From: Meiothermus sp.
GTDB lineage: Bacteria; Deinococcota; Deinococci; Deinococcales; Thermaceae
NCBI GenBank assembly: GCA_033762915.1
Contig: JANRLD010000083.1
Location: forward strand, 1-19,566
Direction: 5' to 3'
DNA: 19,566 nucleotides
Shown: positions 7,471 to 15,962 of the stretch, piece by piece
Position numbering within the stretch: position 1 is the first letter of the stretch
Layout of the letters: every line of letters begins with the position of its first letter
Notes under the pieces: generated by a model
What the model saw: the letters and a program-made list of their open reading frames with translations, nothing else
The model's database searches: none
Told to the model about the DNA's origin: nothing
Program-made: the position numbers and the translations under genes

Positions 7471-8610
7471 TCAGGCCTTGGCGTGGTCGAGTGGCTTGGT
7501 AGAAGGCTCGCTGTTTCTGGGCAGGGTGAACCAGAACCGGCTGCCCCGACCAGGCTGACTCTCGAGGCCCATCCGGCCCCCCATCGCCTCGACCAGCCCT
7601 TTGGCGACCGTGAGTCCGACTCCGGTGCCCCCGTCCTTGCGGCTGCGGGCCGCGTCCACCCGGTAGAAGCGCTCGAAGATGCGCTCCTGATGCTCGGGCG
7701 GGATGCCCGGCCCGTTGTCCTGGACGTAGAAGTACACCTCCTCGCCCCGTGGCTCGGCCCCCAACACCACCTCCCCGCCCTTGGGCGTGTAGCGCAGGGC
7801 GTTGGAGAGGAGGTTGGATAATACCTGATCCAGCCGCACGGGGTCAGCTTTCACCAAGGGTAGGCGGGGCAAAAAGTCGGTCTTAAAGGCCAGCCCCTTT
7901 TCAGAGAATGCCGAGGAAAGCCGCTCTCGGGTTTCGCTCAGTACCTGGTGTGTGGACAGCGGCTCGAGGTGCACCTCCACCGCGCCGGCCTCGACCCGCG
8001 AGACCAGCGATAGGTCTTGCACCAGCCGCCCCATCGCCCGCACCTCTCGGGCGATGCTGCGGGCGGCTTCCTCGGGGGGCAGCACCCCGTCGGCCATCGC
8101 CTCGCTGTAGCCCTGCAAGGCCGCCAGCGGGGTTCGCAACTCGTGGGCCACACTGTTGATCAACTCGACCCGACTGGTCTCGACCCCTTCCAGCGTCTGC
8201 GACAGCCGGTTGAACTGCCGGGCCAACTCGGTCAACTCGTCGTCGCCCTTCTCCGCCAGCCGCAGCTTGTAGCTGCCCCTGGCGATCTCCTGCGCCCCCC
8301 GCACCAGCAGACCGACCGTGGCGCTGATCCTACGGGCGAAGATATAAGCCAGCAGGGCCGAGAGCACCAGCGCTATTGGGAAGGCCGCCAGCAAGGCCCG
8401 CGTCAAGGTGCTGTGTAGGCCGTCCTCCAGATCGGCCCGCAGGCTCAGCCCCATCGGCCCCATCACCTCGATCATGTGTTGGAGGTGGCCCCGGTAAAAG
8501 GCCGGGCTGAGGCCGTCGGCCACCAGCAGCATCACCGTTGCCGCCACCCCGACTACCACCAGGTTGGCCACCAGCAGCCGCGTGAAAAGACCCTTGGGCA
8601 TTGCCTTCAT
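7471..8610 (-). CDS. Two-component sensor histidine kinase (TM-loop-TM, HAMP, HisKA, HATPase; BaeS/CopS-like)
   Basis: H-box VAHELRTPL, N-box NLLSNALRYT, G boxes DNGPGI and GGTGVGL, F-box IFERFYR. The extracytoplasmic loop reads FYRGHLQHMIEVMGPMG. Confidence 0.95.
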   Translation of the reverse strand: MKAMPKGLFTRLLVANLVVVGVAATVMLLVADGLSPAFYRGHLQHMIEVMGPMGLSLRADLEDGLHSTLTRALLAAFPIALVLSALLAYIFARRISATVGLLVRGAQEIARGSYKLRLAEKGDDELTELARQFNRLSQTLEGVETSRVELINSVAHELRTPLAALQGYSEAMADGVLPPEEAARSIAREVRAMGRLVQDLSLVSRVEAGAVEVHLEPLSTHQVLSETRERLSSAFSEKGLAFKTDFLPRLPLVKADPVRLDQVLSNLLSNALRYTPKGGEVVLGAEPRGEEVYFYVQDNGPGIPPEHQERIFERFYRVDAARSRKDGGTGVGLTVAKGLVEAMGGRMGLESQPGRGSRFWFTLPRNSEPSTKPLDHAKA

Positions 8611-8618
8611 ACCCTATC

Positions 8619-9287
8619 TTAACTGGCTTCCTTGAACCGGTAACCGACCCCCCGCACCGTCTCCACGAAGCGGGGGTTGTCCGCGTCCTCGCCCAGCTTT
8701 TTCCGCAGCGCGGCGATATGCACGTCCACCACCCGCTCGATGCCGGGATAGTCCCCGCCCCAAACCCGCTCCATCAGGCGCTCGCGGCTCCAGACCATTC
8801 CGGCGTGTTGGGCCAGAGTCAGGAGCAGGTCATACTCGAGCTTAGACAAATTGAGTTGCTGTTGGCCCAGGTAGGCGGTGCGGTTGCGCAGCCCGATCTT
8901 GAGTTCGCCGAACTCCAACTCGTCTTTGACCCCGCTGCGCCTGAGCAAGGCCCGCACCCGCGCCACCACCTCGCGCGGGCTGAAGGGCTTGCTCACGTAG
9001 TCGTCGGCCCCCAACTCGAAGCCCTGGATGCGCTCGGACTCCTCACCACGGGCGGTGAGCATCAGGATCGGGAGGTCGGGGAAGTCTTTGCGCAGGATTT
9101 CGGCCACTTCCCAGCCGCTCAACTTGGGCAGCATCAGGTCGAGCACCACCAAGTCGGCCTGTGGTGCTTTTTCCAGGGCTTCCTCGCCGTCGGTGGCCTC
9201 GAGCAGGCCATGCCCCTCGTGGCTCAGGTAGGCCCGCAAAATCTGCTGGATGGCGGGGTCGTCATCGACAATCAGTACGTTCGCCAT
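8619..9287 (-). CDS. OmpR/PhoB-family response regulator
   Basis: Receiver domain (VDDD, LDLMLP, LTA, KPF) plus winged helix (RVVDVHIAALRKKL, ETVRGVGYRF). GAGGA SD. Confidence 0.96.
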   Translation of the reverse strand: MANVLIVDDDPAIQQILRAYLSHEGHGLLEATDGEEALEKAPQADLVVLDLMLPKLSGWEVAEILRKDFPDLPILMLTARGEESERIQGFELGADDYVSKPFSPREVVARVRALLRRSGVKDELEFGELKIGLRNRTAYLGQQQLNLSKLEYDLLLTLAQHAGMVWSRERLMERVWGGDYPGIERVVDVHIAALRKKLGEDADNPRFVETVRGVGYRFKEAS

Positions 9288-9307
9288 ATGCCACGTCCTC
9301 GACGCAA

Positions 9308-9340
9308 AGGATAACCGATAGGTATTAAGTTCGCGTAAAG
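9308..9340 (-). promoter_or_regulatory. Box C plus -10 (putative autoregulatory promoter of the TCS)
   Basis: CTTTACGCGAACTTAAT (9340-9324), N10, TATCCT (9313-9308). Confidence 0.8.
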
Positions 9341-9348
9341 CCCACCGC

Positions 9349-9381
9349 CATTACAAAATTTTAACAACCCCCCGCTAGGGT
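9349..9381 (+). promoter_or_regulatory. Box D plus -10 (lnt promoter, probably leaderless)
   Basis: CATTACAAAATTTTAAC (9349-9365), N10, TAGGGT (9376-9381), N6, GTG (9388). Confidence 0.75.
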
Positions 9382-9387
9382 TGTGCG

Positions 9388-10836
9388 GTGTTACCAATCG
9401 TGCTGGGGGTCGGGCTGGTCTTGACCCTGCCCCCCTTTCCGCTGGGCGTTCTGGCTCCCTTGCCGCTGCTGTGGCTGTTGTTCCGTGGCGGATTTCGCGC
9501 GGGGTTCTGGGCGGGCCTGGGCTTCTGGACGCTGCACCTGCTCTGGCTGCCGCAGAGCTTTGTTCAACTCTTCGACACACCCTTGGGGGCGCTGCCCTTT
9601 GTGCCGCTGGTGCTGCTGAAGGCCCTGAGTTGGGGACTTCTGTTCGGGCTGACCCGCCGTAGACCGCTGGCGCGGGCGGGGGGCTGGGTGGTGCTGGAGT
9701 ACCTCAGCAGCCTGGGCGTTCTGGCCTTCCCCTGGGGGTTTCTGGGCTACGCCCTGACCGACGCGCCGGGCCGGATGCTGGCGGCGCTGGGCGGGGTATA
9801 TCTGCTTTCGCTGGTGGTGCTCCTGACCGCCTACGGGGCCAACCGGCTCTGGGGTTTGGCCCTGCGGCGGGAGGGCTTCTCCTGGCCGCTGGGCGCGCTG
9901 TCGCTGCTGATCTTTAGTTGGCTGATGCTGTGGGGCTGGCCGCTGCCGCCCAGCCCCCAGGCCCCGCAGAACGCCCTGCTGGTGCAGGGCAGTGTGAACC
10001 CGCTGCAAAAACTCCAGGGATTCTCCGCCGAGGACCGCTACCGCGAACTAACTCGTGCAGGGCTGGCCCGCTATCCGCAGGCGGGACTGGTGATCTGGCC
10101 GGAGACCGCCGTGCGACGCTTCGAGGACGGCTTGGTTCCCTTGTTGGGGGGCAGGACGCTGCTCTCGGGGGTCTCGGTTTTCGACGGGGGCTACCGCAAC
10201 CGGGTGGTGCTGTCGGAGGCAGGGCAGATCAGAGCCGCTTACGACAAGGCCCGCCTGGTGCCTTTCGGGGAGTTTTTCCCCTGGCGGGGAGCGCTGGGCG
10301 GGGTCTATGATTTTTTCTTCCGCGCCTTCGGGTTTGGCACCCTGCTGGACACGGCGGCGGGGGACGGCCAGACCCTGCTGAGAACCTTCGCTGCCTACAT
10401 CTGCTACGAGTCGGTGTTCCCCGCCTCGGCGCGGCGGTTGGTGCGGAGCGGAGCCTGGGTGCTGGTGAACGTTTCCAACGATGCTTGGTTCGGCCCCAGC
10501 CTGGGCGGACTCCAGCACTTCCAGATGGGGCGGCTGAGGGCCGTGGAGAACGGTAGGTGGCTGCTGCGGGTGGGCAACGACGGCATCACCGCTGTGATTG
10601 ACCCCTATGGCCGGGTGACCGCTTGGCTGGCCAAGGGGCAGCCGGGGTTCTTGGCTGCTGCCTACGGGATCGAGATGGGTCAGACCCCCTACACCCGCTG
10701 GGGGGACTGGGCGGTGGGGCTGGCGCTGGGGCTGGCCCTCATAGGGGCGTGGGGTTACCGCATCACCCCCACCACCCGGCCCGCCCCCAGCGCATCCAAA
10801 AACGCCGCCGCCCCCACCCCGCCCGACAGGAACTGA
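9388..10836 (+). CDS. lnt: Apolipoprotein N-acyltransferase
   Basis: TM N-terminus with FPWGFLGY, nitrilase triad motifs WPETA, YDKARLVPFGE and ICYES, plus SNDAWFG, RAVENGR and C-terminal TPYTRWGDW. Confidence 0.93.
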   Translation: MLPIVLGVGLVLTLPPFPLGVLAPLPLLWLLFRGGFRAGFWAGLGFWTLHLLWLPQSFVQLFDTPLGALPFVPLVLLKALSWGLLFGLTRRRPLARAGGWVVLEYLSSLGVLAFPWGFLGYALTDAPGRMLAALGGVYLLSLVVLLTAYGANRLWGLALRREGFSWPLGALSLLIFSWLMLWGWPLPPSPQAPQNALLVQGSVNPLQKLQGFSAEDRYRELTRAGLARYPQAGLVIWPETAVRRFEDGLVPLLGGRTLLSGVSVFDGGYRNRVVLSEAGQIRAAYDKARLVPFGEFFPWRGALGGVYDFFFRAFGFGTLLDTAAGDGQTLLRTFAAYICYESVFPASARRLVRSGAWVLVNVSNDAWFGPSLGGLQHFQMGRLRAVENGRWLLRVGNDGITAVIDPYGRVTAWLAKGQPGFLAAAYGIEMGQTPYTRWGDWAVGLALGLALIGAWGYRITPTTRPAPSASKNAAAPTPPDRN

Positions 10837-11981
10837 CTGACCCACCAACTGGCCCGGCCCCGTAGGATCATCCCCCGTAGCGCCCACAGTTGGTCGTGGC
10901 GCAGGTGGCCCTGCTGGTGCAGCCGCCCAAACTTGAGCAGACGGCGGTCGCTGGCGGGGTTGGCAGGCACCCCGGCCACCGCCCCCATCTGCACCAGGTC
11001 TACGAACTGCCCGTCGCTGAGGCGGTCTTGCAGGTAAAGCTGGAGGTCTTCGGGGTGCCGGGGCTGGTCTAAGAGCAGGCTGAGCGCGTCGAACTGCTCG
11101 CCGCCGATGTGGCCCCCCAGCTTGAGCCGGGCCAGGCGGTTGCGGGCGGCGGTCAGGGGGTCTAGGGTCAGGGCGAAGTCGGCGCGGGCGAAGAGCTGGG
11201 GGTTCTGGGTCTGGTGCTTCTGGCGGGTGTAGGCTGCCACCCGCCCGGCCACGTAGGCGTAGACCTCGCTGGTCTTGATGGCCCCGTCGCCGTCCTGGTC
11301 GGCCTGCCCGCCCAGGGCCTCGAGCAAGTAGGCGGTGAAGACCCCGCCGCCCTTCTCCGCGTCCTCCCAGCTCAGTTGGGTCGCGCTGCTGGCCGCCAGC
11401 AGCGCCCCGACCCCCCTCGGGCGGGGAATCTCCACGCGGGGCAGGGCTTTGGCCCCCGGCACCTCGAAGCTGCGGGTGCCCGGCAGGGACTGCCCGCTGT
11501 AGCAGGCATCCACCAGCATCAAGTAGCGCCCCCGGCCCCCCAGCGCCCCCTCGATGACCTGCTGGATGCGCCCCAGCGGCAGCCAGGTCTCGTCGTCGGT
11601 CAGCTTGGCATCGTAGGGCATTACCGAGGCTTGGCCCAGGCGGTTGGGCCTCCCGTGGCCGGAGTAGTAAAACACCAGGGTGTCCTCCGGGCCGACCCGC
11701 CGGGCCAGGTCGCGCAACTCGGCCTCGAGGGCGGTCTTGGTGGCGAGGTCACCCAGCAGCAACCGCAGCCGGGCCAGCCGCCAGCGCTGGGCATCTCGCT
11801 GGAGGGCCTCGGCCATCTTCTGAGCGTCGCTCTCGGCATAGCTCAGGGGGGGCAGGGGAGAGGTCTCGGGGTAGGTGCGGTACTGGTTGACCCCCACCAC
11901 CAGGGCCAGGGTGCGCGGCTGGGCCAGCCCAAAGGGCAAGAGCCATAACGCCATGACCAAAATTGTCCCGCGCATACCCAT
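10755..11981 (-). CDS. Exported caspase-family (C14) protease with a duplicated C-terminal domain
   Basis: Signal peptide (..LLPFGLA|Q), ALVVGVNQY, His motif YYSGHG, Cys motif DACYSG and p10-like SWE...GGVFTAYLLEAL...QNP. Alternative start at 11975. Confidence 0.9.
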   Translation of the reverse strand: MGMRGTILVMALWLLPFGLAQPRTLALVVGVNQYRTYPETSPLPPLSYAESDAQKMAEALQRDAQRWRLARLRLLLGDLATKTALEAELRDLARRVGPEDTLVFYYSGHGRPNRLGQASVMPYDAKLTDDETWLPLGRIQQVIEGALGGRGRYLMLVDACYSGQSLPGTRSFEVPGAKALPRVEIPRPRGVGALLAASSATQLSWEDAEKGGGVFTAYLLEALGGQADQDGDGAIKTSEVYAYVAGRVAAYTRQKHQTQNPQLFARADFALTLDPLTAARNRLARLKLGGHIGGEQFDALSLLLDQPRHPEDLQLYLQDRLSDGQFVDLVQMGAVAGVPANPASDRRLLKFGRLHQQGHLRHDQLWALRGMILRGRASWWVSQFLSGGVGAAAFLDALGAGRVVGVMR

Positions 11982-11985
11982 GCCC

Positions 11986-12456
11986 TCAGCGCGGCTGTGC
12001 CAACACCACCACCCAGGCGTTGCCCTGGGGCCAGAAGGCCACCCCGACCTCGCTGTAGTGGGGGCTCATGATGGCCTGACAGTGGGCTGGCGAGTTCAGC
12101 CACCACTCCAGGGGTCGCAGCGGGTCGGCGGTGCTGCCCCCTTTGTAGATGATCTCCGAAAGGCGCAGGAAGTCGTAGCCTGCCTGCCGAACCCGGTCGC
12201 GCGGCCCCAAGCCTGCGAAAGTGTGGGCGATGAAGTTGCGCTCGGCCATGTCACGGGCGTGGCGCAAGGCGGCCTGCTCGAGCCTGGGGTTGTAGGTCAG
12301 CAGGCCCACCGTCTCGGTGCTGCTGCGGCCCGCGCAGGCCATGCCCCGCGCGCGTAGGTCGTTGAGCATGAAGGTCAGGTCGCCTTCGGGGCCAGCCGAG
12401 AGTGCCCAGCCCGCCAGCAGAGCGGTCAGCCACACAGTCGGCTGCTTTCCCGGCAC
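11986..12456 (-). CDS. Exported CAP (SCP-like) domain protein
   Basis: GTG 12456 lies just after the upstream stop, with a GAGG SD. Signal peptide and CAP motifs AALRHARDMAERNFIAH, SEII and WWLNSPAHCQAIM...EVGVA. Confidence 0.88.
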   Translation of the reverse strand: MPGKQPTVWLTALLAGWALSAGPEGDLTFMLNDLRARGMACAGRSSTETVGLLTYNPRLEQAALRHARDMAERNFIAHTFAGLGPRDRVRQAGYDFLRLSEIIYKGGSTADPLRPLEWWLNSPAHCQAIMSPHYSEVGVAFWPQGNAWVVVLAQPR

Positions 12457-12458
12457 GG

Positions 12459-13493
12459 CTACCTCGAGGCCAGCCCGCTCAGCAGGCTGCGGGCCTCGGC
12501 AAAGCTGGGCCGGTAGCGCAGTGCGGCCCGCAGGTCGGCGCGGGCGGCCTCGGCCTGGCCCAGCGCCATCCGCGCCCTGGCCCGCCAGTAGTAGGACTCC
12601 TCGTGGTCGGGGGCCTTGGTCAGGGTCTGGCTGGTCAGGGCCACCACCTCGGCGTAGCGGCCCGTGCGGTAGTAGGCCACGTAGGGGCCGAACTGATACC
12701 ACAGGGTGCGCCAAGGCCAATTCCCGCTTGCCCCCGGCGGACGGTCGGGGTCTAAACCACGGTTGACGGGCACACTGCGGGCGCGGTCAAAGGCGGCTGC
12801 TGCCCCCCTTGCGTCGCCGGCCTCGAGCAGGCTGCTGCCCAAGTTGAACCAAGCGAAGCCGTTGGCGGGCTGGCGCTGGGCTTCCTGCCGGGCCACCGCC
12901 AAGGCCCGTTGCGACTCGAAGCCAGCGCTCAGCCGTTGTCCCAAAAGCCCCTTGACGGCGGCCTGACGGCTCTTGGGGTAGACCACCAGGTAGGTGCGGT
13001 TGTAGACCTGCCACAGCCGATCCAGTTCGCCGTATCCCAAGCGGATGTTGGGGCCGTTGTAGGAGTCGAAGGCGCGGAAATAACCGCCCGACTCCTCGTA
13101 CCCCGTCAGCAGGCGGTAGTGCCCCATGCCGCCCTGGTCGCTTACGAACCAGGTCTGGGCGATCACCGGGTAGCCCGCTGCCAGCAGCCGTTTGAGCAGG
13201 GCCAGGTCGCCTGCCAGGCCCTGATGAACGCCAAAACCCTGGGTGCGGGCGTAGGTCGCCATTTCCGAGGGGGCCACGTTCTTGTCGGCGCGGTTGGGCT
13301 TAAGCACGGGCGCAGTCTGGTACTGGGTGAGGCGGCTGCCCCAGAAGCTCAGGTTCATCGCCAGGGTGGCGGGACCGCAGTTGTTGAGCCGCTGGTACTC
13401 GTGGCGGATACCCTCCAGGCGCACGCTATGGGTCGCGGCCAGCCCGAAGCCCAGCAGCGGCAGAGCTATACCCAGCAAGAAGCCCCGCATCAC
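12459..13493 (-). CDS. Exported C39-like cysteine peptidase with C-terminal TPRs
   Basis: Signal peptide, YQRLNNCGPA (Gln/Cys), GHYRLLTGY (His), FDSY (Asp) and TPR helices (AWFNLGSSL, SYYWRARA). The start (GTG 13493 or ATG 13490) overlaps the upstream stop. Confidence 0.88.
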   Translation of the reverse strand: MMRGFLLGIALPLLGFGLAATHSVRLEGIRHEYQRLNNCGPATLAMNLSFWGSRLTQYQTAPVLKPNRADKNVAPSEMATYARTQGFGVHQGLAGDLALLKRLLAAGYPVIAQTWFVSDQGGMGHYRLLTGYEESGGYFRAFDSYNGPNIRLGYGELDRLWQVYNRTYLVVYPKSRQAAVKGLLGQRLSAGFESQRALAVARQEAQRQPANGFAWFNLGSSLLEAGDARGAAAAFDRARSVPVNRGLDPDRPPGASGNWPWRTLWYQFGPYVAYYRTGRYAEVVALTSQTLTKAPDHEESYYWRARARMALGQAEAARADLRAALRYRPSFAEARSLLSGLASR

Positions 13494-14467
13494 AACCCTT
13501 GCTTCAGATAGCGGTCGAAGTAGGCCACCGTGCGCCGCATTGCCACCGAGAAATTCCGGCTCAGGTTGTGGTCGTCGCCCGTGTAGGTGTAGAACTCGTA
13601 AGGCTGTCGGGCCTCGCGCAGTTGCCGCGCCAGGGTCTGGGAGAAGGCGTAGGGCACGTGGGTGTCAGCGGGGCTGTGGTGGATCTGGATCGGGGCCATG
13701 CCCTCGGCCAGGTAGCTGTTGGCGGAGACCGAGGCCCAGAACTGGGGGTTGCTCTGCGGGGTGCCGTAGCGCTGGAAGACCGCCTGGTTACGCTGCTGCA
13801 TCCGGGTCGCGTTGGGGCCGCCCAGGTAGGGCCTCCGCCAGTTGTTGATCAAGTCGGCATAGGGGGCCACCACCCCGGCCCAGACCACGCCGGTCTTGAT
13901 CCGCTTGTCCAGCACCATCGCCCGCAGGGTCAGGAAGCCCCCCATGGAGTGGCCCCACATTCCCATGCGCTCGGGGTTGACCTCAGGGTATTGGGCCAGG
14001 CTCGAGACCGCGTTTAGCACGTCCACGGTGTAGCCAGGTGAGAAGTAGGCCCCCTCGGCCCGGCCCTCTGAGCTGCCATGACCACGCAGGTCGATTTTGA
14101 AGACCGCGTAGCCGGAGCGCGCCAGCGCGTCCACGTAGGCCACGTAACGCTCGGTGGTGCGGTACTGGGCGGGCGGGATGTAGCCGTGCACGAACACGAT
14201 GGCGGGCCAGCCCCCCTCCGGCTTCTTGCCGCTGGGGACGGTGAGCAGAGCGTTGATCTTGAGCCCCTCGGAGCGGTAGGAGGCGAGGTAGCGGCGGTAG
14301 TTGCCTGCTGCCGCCAGGGTGCGCTCGATGGTCACGGGGCTGCCGGGGTAACTGCCCTGGCGGAGGGTCTGAAGGGTGGGCAGGTTGGACGGGGCATTCT
14401 GTGCCAACGCTGATGTGCAAACAACCACCAACCCCACCAGCCGGGGTAGCCACCTTGAATTTTCCAT
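13490..14467 (-). CDS. Exported alpha/beta hydrolase (S9 peptidase-like)
   Basis: Signal peptide (ALA|Q), HGY oxyanion region, nucleophile GHSMGG, Asp in ADTHVP and His in DDHNL. Confidence 0.9.
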   Translation of the reverse strand: MENSRWLPRLVGLVVVCTSALAQNAPSNLPTLQTLRQGSYPGSPVTIERTLAAAGNYRRYLASYRSEGLKINALLTVPSGKKPEGGWPAIVFVHGYIPPAQYRTTERYVAYVDALARSGYAVFKIDLRGHGSSEGRAEGAYFSPGYTVDVLNAVSSLAQYPEVNPERMGMWGHSMGGFLTLRAMVLDKRIKTGVVWAGVVAPYADLINNWRRPYLGGPNATRMQQRNQAVFQRYGTPQSNPQFWASVSANSYLAEGMAPIQIHHSPADTHVPYAFSQTLARQLREARQPYEFYTYTGDDHNLSRNFSVAMRRTVAYFDRYLKQGL

Positions 14468-14473
14468 TCTGGG

Positions 14474-14506
14474 AGGATACGGGGGTTCGGTTAAGTTTTT
14501 GTAAAG
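14474..14506 (-). promoter_or_regulatory. Box E plus -10 (hydrolase operon promoter, probably leaderless)
   Basis: CTTTACAAAAACTTAAC (14506-14490), N10, TATCCT (14479-14474), N6, ATG (14467). Confidence 0.85.
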
Positions 14507-14559
14507 CCTGACTTCAAGGGCCGGCTTGACTGTCCCGCGAACGGGAGCTGGGGCTGAGG

Positions 14560-15738
14560 CTACGGGCCGCGCCGCACCCGGCTGTGCTGTCCCAGTCTTC
14601 TCAGGTTCACCGCCAGCGGCCCGCCACGCAGACCGTGAAGCCAGACCTCGAGGTTGTCCCGCCCCGGCTCCCAGATTAATAGCAGCGCCATCCCGGCGTA
14701 GAAAGGAAGGTGTCCGACCAGTTCAACCCAGTTGAACACGGTAAGGGTGAGGTTGAAAGGAACCCAGGCCAGCAAGACCACCTCCCGTGGGAAGATGCCC
14801 ACCACCAGCCAGAGCCCCACCAGCAACTCCACCGACCCCGCCAGGACTGCAAAGACTGCGTCCGAGATCGGAAGCCCCAGCGCGGGCAGGAAGTTCAGGG
14901 CATGCTGTTTGAGGAAAGCCTCCGCCAAATTGGGGTTGATCAGCTTCTCGGTGAAAGCCACAACCACCAGGCTGAGGCCCAGCCCGACGCGGAGCGCCGG
15001 AACCGCCCAGGCCACGAGGCGGGCGGGTGGCTCCAACGAGGGGAAGATCAACCGATCCACCGACACCGGCCCGCGCCCGGCCAACCAGAAGAATGCCGCC
15101 AGGCCCAGGATGAAGCTGTTTTCCAGCATGGGCTCTAAGCCCAGCAAGGCGACCCCCAGCAGCCAGGTGACCGCTAAACCTAGGGCTGCCAGACGGGTCA
15201 TGCCGCCATAAGCCATCGCCAAGCCGATCCCAATCTGTCCCAGACCCATCAGGTTGGCCCATCCCTCAGGCAGGGCGTTGTCCGCAGAAAAAAGCCGCCC
15301 CTGGACTCCGCTAACCAGAAGCGTCACTGCCAGGTGAAGCCCGACAATGGCGGGCATCATCCCGAACAGGGCCGCGCGGCGGTCAGGAGTAGCGCCAAAC
15401 CAGGCCGGGCCGGGCAAGAAACCGCGTCGCCCCCTCTTTTGCCAAGCAACCGCCGCTAAAAACGTCAGCAGCAGGACTGTCCCCAGGGCCAGCAAAGGAA
15501 CAGGCTGCCACAAACTGGCCCAGTCGGGGGCTGGAGGCTTCCCCTCGTAAAACCACTTGGCGTGTGCATAACCGAGACCGTTTAGCCCGATGAGCGACCC
15601 AAAGAGAGCGGCCCATGCGCTTGGGGCTGGCCTCACGTTGCCGCGAAGTCTGAACGCCGAGGCACCCAGGCCAGCCCTGCCGGTAGTCGGCGAATAGAGC
15701 ATTGACCCCTCACCTGCCTTGCAAACGGGTTGCTTCAC
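14560..15738 (-). CDS. DoxX-like polytopic membrane protein
   Basis: AHAKWF motif, LRVGLGLSLVVVAFTEKL, GSVELLVGLWL and ELVGHLPFY. Start is either GTG 15738 (7 nt after the -10) or ATG 15702 (GGTGAGG SD). Confidence 0.75.
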   Translation of the reverse strand: MKQPVCKAGEGSMLYSPTTGRAGLGASAFRLRGNVRPAPSAWAALFGSLIGLNGLGYAHAKWFYEGKPPAPDWASLWQPVPLLALGTVLLLTFLAAVAWQKRGRRGFLPGPAWFGATPDRRAALFGMMPAIVGLHLAVTLLVSGVQGRLFSADNALPEGWANLMGLGQIGIGLAMAYGGMTRLAALGLAVTWLLGVALLGLEPMLENSFILGLAAFFWLAGRGPVSVDRLIFPSLEPPARLVAWAVPALRVGLGLSLVVVAFTEKLINPNLAEAFLKQHALNFLPALGLPISDAVFAVLAGSVELLVGLWLVVGIFPREVVLLAWVPFNLTLTVFNWVELVGHLPFYAGMALLLIWEPGRDNLEVWLHGLRGGPLAVNLRRLGQHSRVRRGP

Positions 15739-15745
15739 ACATGGG

Positions 15746-15778
15746 AAAGTAGTTCAACCCTGTTAAGCGCGTATAAAA
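15746..15778 (-). promoter_or_regulatory. Box F plus -10 (DoxX-like gene promoter)
   Basis: TTTTATACGCGCTTAAC (15778-15762), N10, TACTTT (15751-15746). Confidence 0.7.
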
Positions 15779-15962
15779 TCTTATCTTGGCCGCCACGGGC
15801 TGGACTGTCGGGCAAGTGTTGTGGCGTTTAAGCGAAGGAATGGGTAGCCTCCGCTTCTGGCCTGCCATCCCCGCCCGCTGCGTCTGCGGATGAGGCCGCA
15901 GATTCTCCCGCAAGCAAGGGCTTACACCGGAAGTCTGATGGTTACGGTATGCGGCGCGGGGG

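Noticed and set aside
12457..12720. 244-aa version of the CAP ORF
   Set aside because: The extension overlaps the C39-TPR gene in another frame. The signal peptide begins at GTG 12456.
10755..13493. Caspase plus TPR as a gasdermin- or CRISPR-linked abortive-infection system
   Set aside because: Both proteins have signal peptides, and no gasdermin, NLR-like ATPase, cyclase or cas gene is present.
14417..14467. Lipobox in the S9 hydrolase (LVVVC)
   Set aside because: Val at -1 does not fit [GAS]-C, and ALA|Q is a better SPase I site.
15780..15960. Possible sRNA or riboswitch in the DoxX-lgt intergenic region
   Set aside because: Only a 7-bp stem (TCTGCGG/CCGCAGA, 15883-15902) is visible. It lies upstream of both promoters and matches no family I recognise.
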